64,000 nucleotides of DNA, taken from Chrysomallon squamiferum. Lineage: Eukaryota > Animalia > Mollusca. The first letter of the stretch is position 1, and each line of letters begins with the position of its first letter. This document shows, one piece after another, positions 1 through 14,954 of the stretch. The notes under the pieces are model-generated. The model made no database searches, was not told the DNA's origin, and worked only from the letters and a program-made list of their open reading frames with translations. The DNA lies in assembly GCA_012295275.1 (NCBI GenBank), contig CM022674.1, positions 7,254,001 through 7,318,000 of the forward strand. The letters run 5' to 3'. Both the position numbers and the translations under genes were made by a program.

Positions 1-323
1 GGAACACATGATAGTACAGATAAACAGACAGACAGACAAACCTGTGATAGTTGTTTAGATATTCTGCAGAACACATGATAGTAGAGATAAACAGATGGAC
101 AGAAAGACAGACAGACATACCTGTGGTAGTTGTTTAGATATTCTGCGGAACACATGATAGTAGAGATAAACAGACAGACAGACAAACCTGTGATAGTTGT
201 TTAGATATTCTGCAGAACACATGATAGTATAGATAAACAGACAGACAGACAGAGAGACAGACATATCTGTGGTAGTTGTTTAGATATTCTGCGGAACACG
301 TGATATAACAGATAAACACAAGC

Positions 324-356
<33 letters not shown>

Positions 357-924
357 TACCTGTGGCAGTTGTTTAGATATATTCAGACAGGAACACATGA
401 GTTGTTTAGTAGAGTAGAGATAAACAGACAGACAGACAAACCTGTGATAGTTGTTTAGATATTCTGCAGAACACATGATAGTATAGATAAACAGACAGAC
501 AGACAGACAGAGAGACAGACATATCTGTGGTAGTTGTTTAGATATTCTGCGGAACACGTGATAGTAAAAATAAACAGACAGACAGACATACCTGTGGTAG
601 TTGTTTAGATATTCTGCGGAACACGTGATAGTAGAGATAAACAGACAGACAGACATACCTGTGGTAGTTGTTTAGATATTCTGCGGAACACATGATAGTA
701 GAGATAAACAGACAGACAGACAGACATACCTGTGGTAGTTGTTTAGATATTCTGCGGAACACATGATAGTAGAGATAAACAGACAGACAGACATACCTGT
801 GGTAGTTGTTTAGATATTCTGCGGAACACGTGATAGTAGAGATAAACAGACAGACAGACAGACAGACAGACAAACCTGTGGTAGTTGTTTAGATATTCTG
901 CGGAACACGTGATATAACAGATAA

Positions 925-963
<39 letters not shown>

Positions 964-1595
964 TACCTGTGGTAGTTGTTTAGATATTCTGCGGAACACA
1001 TGATAGTAGAGATAAACAGACAGACAGACATACCTGTGGTAGTTGTTTAGATATTCTGCGGAACACGTGATAGTAGAGATAAACAGACAGACAGACAGAC
1101 AGACAGACCTGTGGTAGTTGTTTAGATATTCTGCGGAACACATGATAGTAGAGATAAACAGACAGACAGACAGACAGACAGACAGACCTGTGGTAGTTGT
1201 TTAGATATTCTGCGGAACACATGATAGTAGAGATAAACAGAAAGACAGACAGACATACCTGTGGTAGTTGTTTAGATATTCTGCGGAACACGTGATATAA
1301 CAGATAAACAGACAGACAGACAGACAGACAGACATACCTGTGGTAGTTGTTTAGATATTCTGCGGAACACATGATAGTAGAGATAAACAGACAGACAGAC
1401 AGACATACCTGTGGTAGTTGTTTAGATATTCTGCGGAACACATGATAGTAGAGATAAACAGACAGACAGACATACCTGTGGTAGTTGTTTAGATATTCTG
1501 CGGAACACGTGATAGTAGAGATAAACAGACAGACAGACAGACATATCTGTGGTAGTTGTTTAGATATTCTGCAGAACACGTGATAGTAGAGATAA

Positions 1596-1630
<35 letters not shown>

Positions 1631-1835
1631 TACCTGTGGTAGTTGTTTAGATATTCTAAACAGACAGACAGGAACACATGATAGTAGAGATAAACAGACA
1701 GACAGACAGACATACCTGTGGTAGTTGTTTAGATATTCTGCGGAACACGTGATAGTAGAGATAAACAGACAGACAGACAGACATATCTGTGGTAGTTGTT
1801 TAGATATTCTGCAGAACACGTGATAGTAGAGATAA

Positions 1836-1866
<31 letters not shown>

Positions 1867-1995
1867 TACCTGTGGTAGTTGTTTAGATATTCTGCGGAAC
1901 ACGTGATAGTAGAGATAAACAGACAGACAGACAGACAGACAGACATACCTGTGGTAGTTGTTTAGATATTCTGCGGAACACGTGATAGTAGAGAT
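1..1995. repeat. Tandem array (~25 copies, ~65-90 bp) of the mTOR FRB exon 3' end + donor site + (CTGT)n
   Basis: Minus-strand unit ATCTCTACTATCACGTGTTCCGCAGAATATCTAAACAACTACCACAG|GTATGT(CTGT)nTT matches the last ~47 nt of exon 1949-2083 and the start of its intron. The array runs off the window edge. Confidence 0.95.
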
Positions 1996-4900
1996 CCCAG
2001 GCCTGGGTGAGATCTTTGACATTTCCTGACCGGTGGTATTTTCTACACCACTCCTGTGCCTCCATCAGGTCACGCCCGTACGCCTGAAATAAAACAAACA
2101 ATGTCGTTTACCTGGTTTAACGAGATCTCTTTACCTCATTTAGCAATATCTATAAAATTCAAACTAAATTTTTGTTTACATTCAATTAAAAAATAAATAT
2201 TTCAGTACTGATTAAAAATAATAATAAAAAATAAGTGAACAGAAAAAAAGAAAGATTAAAACATTAAAAAAAAAATTAAAAGATTATTTTTGTGGTGAAT
2301 AAATTAACCAGATTAATGAGGTTTACTTTGTAAATGAGAATTATTTTTAACAAGTTTTATTTATCTGTTTAATTAAAATTTATCTGATTAAATGAAATTT
2401 TTGGGTAGTTAAATGAGATTTACTGGATTAAGTTAGATTTGTTAACATTGTTAAACTGAATTTACCTGAATTAACGAGATCTACAGGGCTAAACAACATT
2501 GAGCTTATTTAAACGACTTTTCATTACCTGATTAAACGAAGTTTCTTTCAGTGTCTGTGGTCCTCTCTCCATCATGCCGTGGAGAGGTTCGAGAGTAGAA
2601 AACATTCCTTTGACATTCTTCTCTCCAAAATACAGCCGCGAGGCATCCTCCAGTCCTTCATGCCACAGCTCATGCCACAAAATAGCAACTCTAATCAGCT
2701 CCTCTGACACCTGCAACACACATTTTATATTTCTTTCTCTTTAGTTAAAAAAAAATAAAAAAGCTATGAAACATATAGGTAACTTTTTAAAGGTACGCAC
2801 AAACCCTGTTATTGTATTTTATAATACATAAATTATTTTTGATATTTTCAAAGATATATATATACCTGTATGTTACATTAATAAACTAATATGTAACTCC
2901 ATTTCCATCTGACTCGATATATAAACTTAAATCAAAATAAACTGTTTGTAGTATTTTCAAAGATATATATATACATGTATGTTTTATTAATAAATTAATA
3001 AGTAATTCCATCTACATCTGATACCTAAATCAAAATAAATTAAATTAAACTATTTTAATATTTTCAAAGATATATAAATATACCCGCATATTACACTAAT
3101 AAACTAATATTTAAATCCATTTGGAATTTTTTTAACCTTAATGATCTCTTTTACACACATTTAAAATTTCAATGTAAAAATGAATTTATCTTTTTCAATG
3201 TAACAATGTCTCTTCTGATATCTGTGTGAAATGTGAACAACTTTTTTAAACCTGTGAACACAGGCTGCTTGCATTGACCTACCAGCATGGCTTGCTGTAC
3301 AAGTATGTTACTTCTTTCACACATGTTCTTCAGAATCTTGTTAGCAGCTAACTGTCTTGCCTGCACATTTGACTTCGATGCAACAGTCAGTGGGTAGATC
3401 AAAGCCTGATTAGAAAAATAAACAAACAAAATTAAATAAAAGAAAAAATATATAAATATAATTTAAATACAGGCTAGAACCTGCTGGCCAATATTTAGTC
3501 CTGTATTTATTTTAAAATTTTTTCGTTTTAAACAAATGTATAAACAAAATAAAACCTCGTTTAAGTGACCATACTGTTTATATTAACACATGTCATATAT
3601 GTGAATTTCTGATATTTGATATCTGTATGACCAGGTATCTGAGAAATCTAGAAAAACAAGAGAAAACAGACTGAATATCCTCAATATGTTTTTCACTTCA
3701 ATCTCTAAACATTTTCTTCTGAAATATTTTAACATTTTCATTTAGGTCACATTGAATGAATTCTGATGTATTGTAGATACAAGTTACACAGCTTGAATTT
3801 AGCAACCACTGTTAGGACACCAATGCAACACAAACACATAGACACACACATCCCCTCTCATGCACAACACAACACATACAAGCACCCACCCGTCCAGACC
3901 CAAACATACGTGCATGTGCATAACCACACACAAACAAACACACAGATGCAGACAACACAGACAGAGAGAGACAGTGAGATCTACTGTTTATGTAAGATTT
4001 GTTAACTGTTGAGTTTTTACCTGAGGGTGGTACTTTCCAATGTCAATAAGAAGCTGGTGAATAAGTCGACCGACCAGACCACGAGGTGTGTCTATTCTAG
4101 CTATGAGCTGAGGTATCACCTGCAACAAACACACACTTACTTTAATTTTAATACTTTAGACGCTGAAATCAGACACAGACAGCAACAAACCTAATTTACA
4201 TAATGAAAAAATATAATTATTTATTGAAACACAATTCACTGATATCACTAAAATAGTTTTAAAAACTATAATTATTTTCTAAGACACAATTCATTTATAT
4301 AATTAATACAACCCAATGTAGTCTTAATCAGACAGTCTCTAATTAACAAACATAATTAAGGAGAGTTTAGAATACATACCTGAAGCCAGTTATCTATCTG
4401 AACAGTCTTGATTCCTTCGACAAGAGCGTCATAAACTTCTGGTAGGTGTCCATAATCAAACCACAGGGTTAATAATCTGAAAATAACATTTACATCTCTG
4501 TTCAACATCACTGTATTATATACTGTTAAATGTACATGAGGAATATACAAGTTATACACACAGTGATATGATAGATTACATTCATTTGTGTTTGTTATAT
4601 GAGCATGATTTTTGTGTTTCCATCTGTATGTTTGTTTATTAATATGGCTATAGATACAAGTAAGTGTGTAACATTTATATCTTTGTTCAACATCACTGTA
4701 TTATATACTGTTAAATGTACACAAAGAATATCAAACTATACACAGAGTGATATTACAGATTACATTCATTTGTGTTTGTATGATTTTTCGTGTTTCCATC
4801 TGTATGTTTGTTTATTAATGTGGTTATAGATACTAGTAAGTGTGCAAGTGGTTGTGTGTGTGAGTGTGTGTTTGTGTGTGTATTTTTATAAGTGTACATG

Positions 4901-7054
4901 TGTTTCACTAAGTAAATAACTGAACCTCAGAGTATCCTGCAGACTGTTTTGAGAAGATAGCCCGATGGACTTGAAAAATCCTTGAACTGCAGGAACACAA
5001 TATCTGTTTATCTTGGCTGAGTTTTGCTACAAAAATAAAAAATAAAAATTTAAATCTAAAAACCATAAAAATTATGTAACACACATAATTAATAAAAATA
5101 CAGAAGAACAGTAAATAGCTACTTTATTTAAAATAAAAATTAAAAATTCAAATGCAAGAACCCAAAATATATCTGTTTGTCTATAATTTCATATATAAAA
5201 TAAAACAAAAAAAACAAATGCAATTTCAATAAATCCATGTAAATGACTATTTTGATCGATACTTTAATTCTCAAAAAATCCTGTTTTTCTTTAGTTTGAA
5301 TTTAAAAAAACCCAAATAACAATAAAACAATGTAACAGTTGATCCCAGATTACAAAAACAAGAAACTCGGGTACCAGAAACATTTATACATGTAAACTTT
5401 TATTAATTATTAAAACAATTTGAAAACAACAAAACAAATTAAACCACCATTATCAACAACAACAACATTAATTGCCAAATCCATAAATGATGTGTTTATT
5501 TACCAGGTCTGGTTTTGAAGTCACCAAGTCTAACACCATTCTAGAAAAGGCAGAGCTGCCATTATTACCAGACGCAGAAGCTGCTGATGCACTGTTCTGT
5601 TCAATTTGTTTGTAAAACAGAACAGCTTCGTAGTTCACCAAGGCCCATGAATGCCATGCCTGAACATAAAACAAACATTGAAAAGATAAGATACAACAGT
5701 CATTAAAAATAAACTTATAGCAAAACATTTAACTTATAAAATAATAACAATAATAATAATTAAGAAAACTGCCGTAACAATAACAAAAATAAATCTAAAA
5801 ATTAAATGAATAACAATTATGAAAACTGCTGGAACAATAATGAAAATATTTCCAAAAACATTATATGAATTCATTGGTAACAATAACAATTATGAAAACT
5901 GCTGCAACAATAACAAAAATAATTCTAAAAATTAAATAAATGCATTGATGATTATTTTAAAACAACCATATAAATGTAGACTCGTAAGATAGAATATAAA
6001 AAGCAACCAGTCTGTCTGTGTGTAGTTTTACATGGTGTGATAAGGAGAGTATGTAACAAACAAACTTCTGTCATCTCACCTTGAACCAGGTTCTGTCGTG
6101 CTGTGTGGCCAGACTGAAATACTCCAAAATCTGTGGAATCGACTCTTCTTTGATTCCATTCAGGTCTTCTGCCCATGTTCCAAGTCGCAGATAGCACCTG
6201 TAAATAAATAAATAAAATAACAATAAAATAAAATAATTATATAAAAAATAATAAAATAAATAATAATAATAATAAATATTTTTAAAAATTCTACATTTTA
6301 AATAATTATGTTGCAGACATAACCATTAGTTACAAATAAATAATCTGACCCTAAACCAAATTAAAAACAAAACAACAAATACTTCAGTAATAAAAACAGA
6401 CACAGTAACAAATAAATAAAAAAACAACAAATATTTATCAATGATTAGAACATAAAATAAAATACAAACTTACTATTACAAATTATTTGACTTTAAAACA
6501 AAATTAAAAACAAAACAACAAATACTTATTAATGATAAAAACAGACTATTACAGATACAAAATTTTTTTTAAATGTATTATTGATTAAAACAGATAATTA
6601 CTGTTACAAATTATTTAACTATAAACCAAATTAAAAACTTACTAATATTAAAAATGGACTTTTAGAGTTACAAATAAATGATAGAGGCAGCTGTTACTAA
6701 GAAAACTGTTAAGACTGTGACTAACTTGGCTAGCAGAGTGTTGTGTTCAGCTAGTTTGGCTGCATCTTCTGGTTGCATCAACTGTGGAGTCCGCTGATGA
6801 AGAGAGTGACTCACAAAATGTTGTAACTTCTGATATGCCTCGGTCTAAAAATAAACACAAAAATTTAAAATAACAAATATTTTTATTTATTCCTCATGAC
6901 TCACTAAATTTCTTTTTAATTTTCTTTCCTGTGAGCATTTATTAATATTATTATTTTATTATTATTATTATTTATTATTATTTTTATTATTATTTTTTAT
7001 TATTATTATTTTTATTATTATTATTATTATTATTATTTTTTATTATTATAATTA

Positions 7055-7126
<72 letters not shown>

Positions 7127-10100
7127 TTAAGATTATTGCTACCATATTTATTTTCATTTTAATTCCACACCTCTGATTTTACTGGTAGAAGTGGTGACAG
7201 AGAATATGGCTGATCAAGTCACAACCTGTGTGGTTTTCAATATGTTTACCTTCTGGTTGTTCTTCCACATGTGTTTGAGGTACGCGAATGTCACGCGTGA
7301 GTGAGTTGTTGGGATTGGCACGTTTACGTTTTTAGAAGGATCCATCTCCAACAGTGTAGTCAGAGTTTTGTGAGACAAAGCCTAGAGAAACAAACAGAAT
7401 CAAACATTAATAAATAAATAAATTTAAAAAATGAAATACTGACATCAAATCTTCAGTATAGAATTAAAAAAATAATATACAGTAAACAAATATATAAAAT
7501 ATTTTCATCAAATGCTCATTAAACAATTAAATATGTTAAATAATAAACAAACAAACAAATAAACAAATAACTAAACAAATAAATAAATTAAAAAAATGAA
7601 ATATTTATATCAGATGCTCAGTATAGAGTAAAAAAACCAATATACAGTGAACAAATATATGAAATATTACATCAAATGCTCAATACATTAAAAAAAAAAA
7701 AAAAACAATATATAAATAATTTAAAAATGAAAAAACAAATCAAAGAACAATAATTTGATATTTATCTCAAGTATCCAGTAAAAAAAAAATTAAAGTAATG
7801 TTTATAACATTATGATATTTAGACCATGAACTAATTATATTTTTTACTTCCATTGAGTGACTTGTGATTCTTATACACAGTAAACAATGTATTAGCAAGA
7901 TACAGCAGTTTCTTAGCAACAGAGTCATAAGAGAACTTAGTATCTGAGTACTAATGATACTCATAATCTATTCTATACAAAACAGTTTAATGGAATTAAT
8001 ATTAATTATGGAACTAAGGAAAAATCTTCCAAATGCCTCCAAATCTTTAAAATATCATTCAGTTATTTTGCTGTGAGAAAAATATAATATTCTTACCAGT
8101 CTTCCACTTTTTCGACAGAGACTGGCATATTTCAGCCATGTTGTCATGTCTTCAGCAGGGGAGATAACCAGTGAGCGAACTTGAAGAATTTTCTGCCAGT
8201 CTTCCACAACTCTTTGACAACCCTTTAAAACAAAACAAAAAAATGTAACAGAAACCTCCATAGACACAACAAAAAATGTATCATTTGAACAAATACAAAA
8301 ACAAAATCCTAATTCATCTTTTTCATAAATGCAGCATAACCTTTTTTACATAAACTCCAAACATTTATTTTCACATACAGAAAACACATTTTCACTTGTT
8401 CAAAACATGTACTTTCATATAAATTAAATTTCATTATTACATAACTTTATTTACATAATGCAAAATTTCACATAAACAAAACAAAATTTTTCACATAAAC
8501 AACATGCAAACTTTCACACATAAAGATAACATAAATTTTCATGTAAACACCACATAAATATTCACAAATAAAGACAACAACTTTTAACACAAACACCACA
8601 CAAAACGGCAACATACATTTTAACAAACACCGCACAAACTTTGAAACATAAAGACAGCATAAACACAACACAAACTTTCACACAAAAATTCTAACAAACA
8701 GCACACAAATTTTCACACAAAATGTTCACACAAACCTTGAGTCTCTCCCACCACATGACTCGGATGGCCTCCTGTCTTTCTGGAATGAGTTTGTACTGAA
8801 TAATCTCCTCCATCTCTGACAACATCTGAACATTTACCATAGCCTAAACAAAAACAACACATCAGTACACACCACTGAGTTTTAAGAAACTGAATTTTGC
8901 TGAAAAATACTGATGGATGGATGAATGAACATTTCAAAAATTATCCGATATGATGACTTTTTGCTGAGCAGTTCATGCATTTGTCTGTTATCTGCTGGAG
9001 TATTTTACTGCAGTGGTTGGACTGGAGAAAATGAAGCAACATGAAATGAGTGTCATAAACTCAGGCTTGCACAATAACAAAACATTAAAGGTATAGGTAC
9101 TTGTGAAAATCATGGGCAAATCACACAGAATGTTTTTATTCTACAATGCAAAACCTTCACTCACAAAGAAAAATATCTATGATTTTTCCTTTGTACCACC
9201 ACAAAATAATGAAACTCAATGCAGTTACACTTTAAGGATTGTAAAACTCAACCTTCCAAAGACACTCAGTCAATTCTGACTTGAGGTAGAAATAACGACC
9301 CAATCTTCCAGTGCTATGGAAATAAATATGAAATGACTCAGTCTCCTGAGACTATTTTTAAGAGACAGTACTCACGCCATAAGCTCTGTTGTAGCTCTCT
9401 CCAGCCATGGCGGTGAGTTCGGTGTCGAGGATGTCCCTGGCTTTGTCAATACACTGCTGAGCAAGTGGAAAGTTGTCTGAGTGCAGTGCAAACACGGCAC
9501 GATAAAAAGCGCCATCGTAGCTGTTGCGTGAAATCAGACACATGTACTCCTCAATGCTGTCCCACTGGCCTGAAATCATTTTAAAAATTTAAAATGTGAA
9601 TTTTTTTATTTTTTTTTATTTCAGTATGTCAAAATATCTTTGATGTAACTGAGAAATAGATTATATCATGTTAAAAGTGCCTACATAATAATATGTATGT
9701 ATCATGAAAGAAAATATTTTTAACAGGAAAAATTCACAAGAATTTGGAAACTATTTTTTTTCAACTGGTAATCTGATTCTTCTGTATGTTTTATTCATAC
9801 TGTGTCAAATTTTACTATTTAATTTGAAAAAAATATATAAACTGTTTTAGATAAAGTACAACATATATTTGCATTATGTATATGAAACCTGCAGGAACAA
9901 AATAAATTATATTACAACCAGACTGTTCAATTTAAAATATTCTGAGACTAGAAACTAAATTTGAATTCTATTACAAAACGCTTCTATTAGAAATATTCTG
10001 AGACTACAAACTAAATTTGAATTCTATTACAAAACTCTTCTAGTTAAAATATTCTGAGACTACAAACTAAATTTGAATTCTATTACAAAACTCTTCTATT

Positions 10101-13100
10101 TAAAATATTCTGAGACTACAAACTAAATTTGAATTCTATTACAAAACTCTTCTATTTAAAATATTCTGAGACTACAAACTAAATTTGAATTCTATTACAA
10201 AACTTCTATTTAAAATATTCTGAGACTACAAACTAAATTTGAATTCTATTAAAAACGCTTCTATCTGAAATATTTTGAGACTACAAACTAAATTTGAATT
10301 CTATTACAAAACTCTTCTATTTAAAATATTCTGAGACTACAAACTAAGTTTGAATTCTATTACAAAACTCTTCTATTAGAAATATTCTGAGACTACAAAA
10401 TAAATTTGAATTCTATTACAAAACTCTTCTATTTAAAATATTCTGAGACTACAAACTAAATTTGAATTCTACTATAAAACTCTTCTATTAGAAATATTCT
10501 GAGATTACAAACTAAATTTGAATTCTACTATAAAACTCTTCTATTAGAAATATTCTGAGACTACAAACTTACCAAGGCCCCAGGCTGCTGCAGATGCCAT
10601 TCTTGCCATCTTTCCCCGAATCTCATCACTGGCTGTCGGCCACTTCTCACAGGCCAAAGCATGTAACTGTCCCCTGTGTACAGCACAACAATATAATCTA
10701 CATTTAATCTTTTTACAGTACAATTTTGCCTTGTATAACAGATCACCTTGTGTAAGCATCATAACATGCTGTAACATTAAGTAATTAAGACTGTTACATT
10801 GTGGGGTAAAATAGTTAGTTAGAAACAACATTTATACCAAATCTAGTTATCTTTCTTTTATGTTACTGTTTCTAATAAGACTCAGTATTTCCATTTACTA
10901 AAAAGTCTTGAGTCTCATTATTTAAAGCTGTGTTGTTTTGGGGAAACTTTCTGTCATATATTTTATTAATTTTAATTTTTTATTGTGTTTTGTACTAACC
11001 ATTCTCCCAGTGCCTCCAGACATCTCATCCTGCCAAGAGTCAAGCTGACGTCATCAGGATTCAGTTCCTGTTTGTTTTCATACGCTTTCAGTGCCTTATC
11101 CCACTCATGTAGCTTTTCGTACCAGTTCTCTTGAATTTTCTTCAAACATTAATAAACAACAATTAACAGTAAGGAAACTTACCAAAACAGGACAATAATC
11201 TGTCCCATTCATCTAGCTTTTTGTACCAGTTCTCCTGAATTTTCTTCAAACATTAATAAACAACAATTAACAGTAAGGAAACTTACCAAAACAGGACAAT
11301 AATCTGTCCCATTCATGTAGGTTCTCGTACCAGTTCTCCTGAATTTTCTTTACACAATTAACAGATAAAAATTAAGATTTAATGAATCTGTACTGATTAG
11401 ACAATATTAAAAATAACAGTTTTTTTGACTCAAGTACTTGTCAATATTTATGTTTATTTTTTTTTTTTTTAAACGAATGAATAAATAAATAATGAAATTT
11501 GTCAAAACTTGAATAAGATTCTGTGCTCTGTATGGACAGCATCAATAAAAACATTGTTTTTTTTAACATGTAGATTTTCATATAAGCTGTCCTGAATTTT
11601 TTCTTTTTTTTAAATGAATAAATAACAGTTAAAACGTAAAGAAACTTGTGAAAAATAGAATCAGTACTTAATATTTAAAATAAGATTCAATCTTTGACAG
11701 AAAATTATGTTTTTCATCCCAGATCTCTGGAATTTTCTTAAAAAAATAATTTTATTATAAATAAAATATAATGGAACTTAATAAAACTAATAAAATTAAA
11801 CTCAGTTACCGACAGAATATTTGTATAACACTAAGTACCAGTTCTTAAAAGATTTTCATTACATTAATAAAAAAGAGTAACAATAATTTAAAAATACATA
11901 AGGAACTTATCAAAGCAGAACACAATGCTGGGCATAGATATCCCATTTACCTTATTTCTAATATCAGTACTCAAATATTTTCTACACAGTTAAGAAACAT
12001 ATTTTAAAAAAAATGAAGAAATAATAATAATAATAACAGCAGCATCTGAGGAAATCTAGTAATTCAAAAGAAGCATATACAAATAAAGATCAGTTTGTCT
12101 GGTACTTACTAGATCTTTGTGGTGCTTCATGGCATATTCCAAGACCCCTGCTGCTGCTTCATACTGCTGTAGTTTGTTGTTGATGCTAGAAAACAGAAAA
12201 ATGTTTAAACAAAAATTACTAGAATTAGAAACATAATATATAATTAAATCTTTTTAACCCAAATTACTAGAATTAGAGTAATCAAAATAACATAACATAT
12301 AACCATCTAGAAGCAAGATTCTGAACTAGGGTAGAAGTAGTTGAAATCCAGGCAATGTAATAGGCTTGTCAAAATGTGATACAATACATAGAGATTCTGT
12401 AACCTCAGTAACAGGGGAAAAAACCTAAAAGAACTCAAGATGTTAAGTCATCTTTTTGTATACCAGTTCATGAACTTCATAATGGTGGAAATGCTTAAAT
12501 ACTTAAAGATCTGAATATTAATAGCAATTGTAATTAAATTAGCTTACAAAAATAATTTACAAAATATAAACACAGCTACAATAATAAATACTTAAGAATT
12601 TGAAAAAAGCAGTGATATCAATAAAAAGTATCCCATCAAACTTAAAACTCTACACAGGAGGCTAATTAATATTTATACCTGATGAGGGCCTCCAGTGTGT
12701 CCCCAGTTGGGCCTCGGTGAAATTCTTCCTCATGGTAGTGAAGAGCTTTTGCATAGGCACGACAACGCATGGCTCTCTCTCCTAACAGTTTGCTATCTAA
12801 CGGCAGTGGACCCTGAACAAACAAATAAACATAAATCAGTATAAAATACTAATTAACTTCATAATTATTTTGTGAACTCTTATACATGTATAGATAGATA
12901 GATATATAAAATTGTTTGTATTAAAACATTATGACAAAAATAAATATTAAGAAATTTAAAAAAAAAAAAAAAAAAAAAACCTATATATTGTAACAACACA
13001 AAACAAAAAGAAAATATAAAAAAATATTCAGTTTTATGAAAATGAGACGAAATTTTGCACCAATTATCCCCCTTTCTGAAACATGGGTTATCTACCTTGT

Positions 13101-14343
13101 CACAGTGCTCCATGAACTCTGCCAGGTTGAGCAGTGTCTGTGTGATTTCCACTATTTCCTGTGATGTCAGAGCTTGTTCCAGACTCTGTATCAGCTCATC
13201 TTGCTGAGCCTCTGTCAGCTCTGTCCAGCAGGACACAAATGCTGCGTTGAACAAATCTCTGGAAAAAAACATTAACTAAAGTTTAAAATATAAACATCAT
13301 ATTGAACAAATCTCTGGAAAAAAAAACATTAACTAAAGTTAAAAAATATAAACATCATATTGAACAAATCTCTGGAAAAAAACATTAGCTAAAGTTAAAA
13401 AATATAAACATCATATTGAACAAATCTCTGGAAAAAAAACATTAGCTAAAGTTAAAAAATATAAACATCATACTGAACAAATCTCTGGAAAAGAACATAA
13501 ACTAAAGTCAAATAATATAAACATCATATTGAACAAATCTCTGGAATAAAACATTAACTAAAGTCAAATAATATAAACATCATATTGAACAAATCTCTGG
13601 AATAAAACATTAACTAAAGTTAAAAAAATATAAACATCATATTGAACAAACAAAAGTCAAATAGTATAAACATCATATTGAACAAATCTCTGGAATAAAA
13701 CATTAACTAAAGTTAAAAAAATATAAACATCATATTGAACAAATCTCTGGATATTAACAATAAAACATTAACAAAAATAAAAGTACAAACATTATATTGT
13801 ACAAATTTCTAAACATTAAAAACTTTAACTAAAGTTAAAATATAAACATTATGCTGAATATATCCCTCAACACAAAAAAAACAAACAAAAAACAACCCAT
13901 TAACTAAAATATTATGTTGAACAAATCCCTGAATTAAAAAATTATTAAAGTGAACATTAATGATATGAAGAAATAGTATAAATATATTACGTTTACTTCC
14001 AAATGATGTTTAATATTATTTTTACTATCCAATCACAATTATTAATGAACTGTAACAAAACAGTATTTTTTAAGAACATCTGAATATTGCTATTTTTTTT
14101 TTTTTTTAATCATTTTTTTTTTTTGACATTATGAGGAAACCAGTATATCTTCTAAAACCAGAAAATCACAGGCAAGTTATGACTTCAGTTGAGATAAGTA
14201 AAATGTTGGTGTTAAATACTTCATTAAAGTGTTATTTTTTATCATACTTTGTGATAGCAGGTCATCAAAAATAATTAGTAAGTTTAATTTATTAGACCAT
14301 TTTCACAGGTACTGCAAATACAAAAGTAGGATATAAGAGAGTA

Positions 14344-14440
<97 letters not shown>

Positions 14441-14690
14441 AATAATATCAGGTGAGAACAACAATTTAATTAAATTCCTGTAAAACTCAACATTATTGGG
14501 TTACTCTGCTTACCTGGCGAGAGGGTTATAGGTTTGAGCAAGAGCCCAGCATGACCTGAGTGCAGGTGAAGGTGATTCTTTGAGCAACTCAATACTCAAC
14601 TTCCTCAACCATTCCATCCAGTCCTCTTTAGATGCTCGTCTACCTGAACCCAATGCCTTGAAAAAAAAATAAAAAATAAAAATAAAAAAA

Positions 14691-14757
<67 letters not shown>

Positions 14758-14878
14758 TAAACAAATAAATAAATAAAAGTAAAAAATTCCAACTTTTATT
14801 TTCTTAGATGTAAATATTAAAAGAAATTAATAATTAAAAAATGAATAACATGCTATTATAAACACATCTGTGGAAGCT

Positions 14879-14954
<76 letters not shown>

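Noticed and set aside
1-1995. CRISPR-like appearance (constant repeat with variable spacers) and ORFs up to 295 aa
   Set aside because: The spacers are only variable-length (CTGT)n, the repeat is mTOR exon sequence, the context is eukaryotic with no cas genes, and the ORFs are by-products of the repeat.
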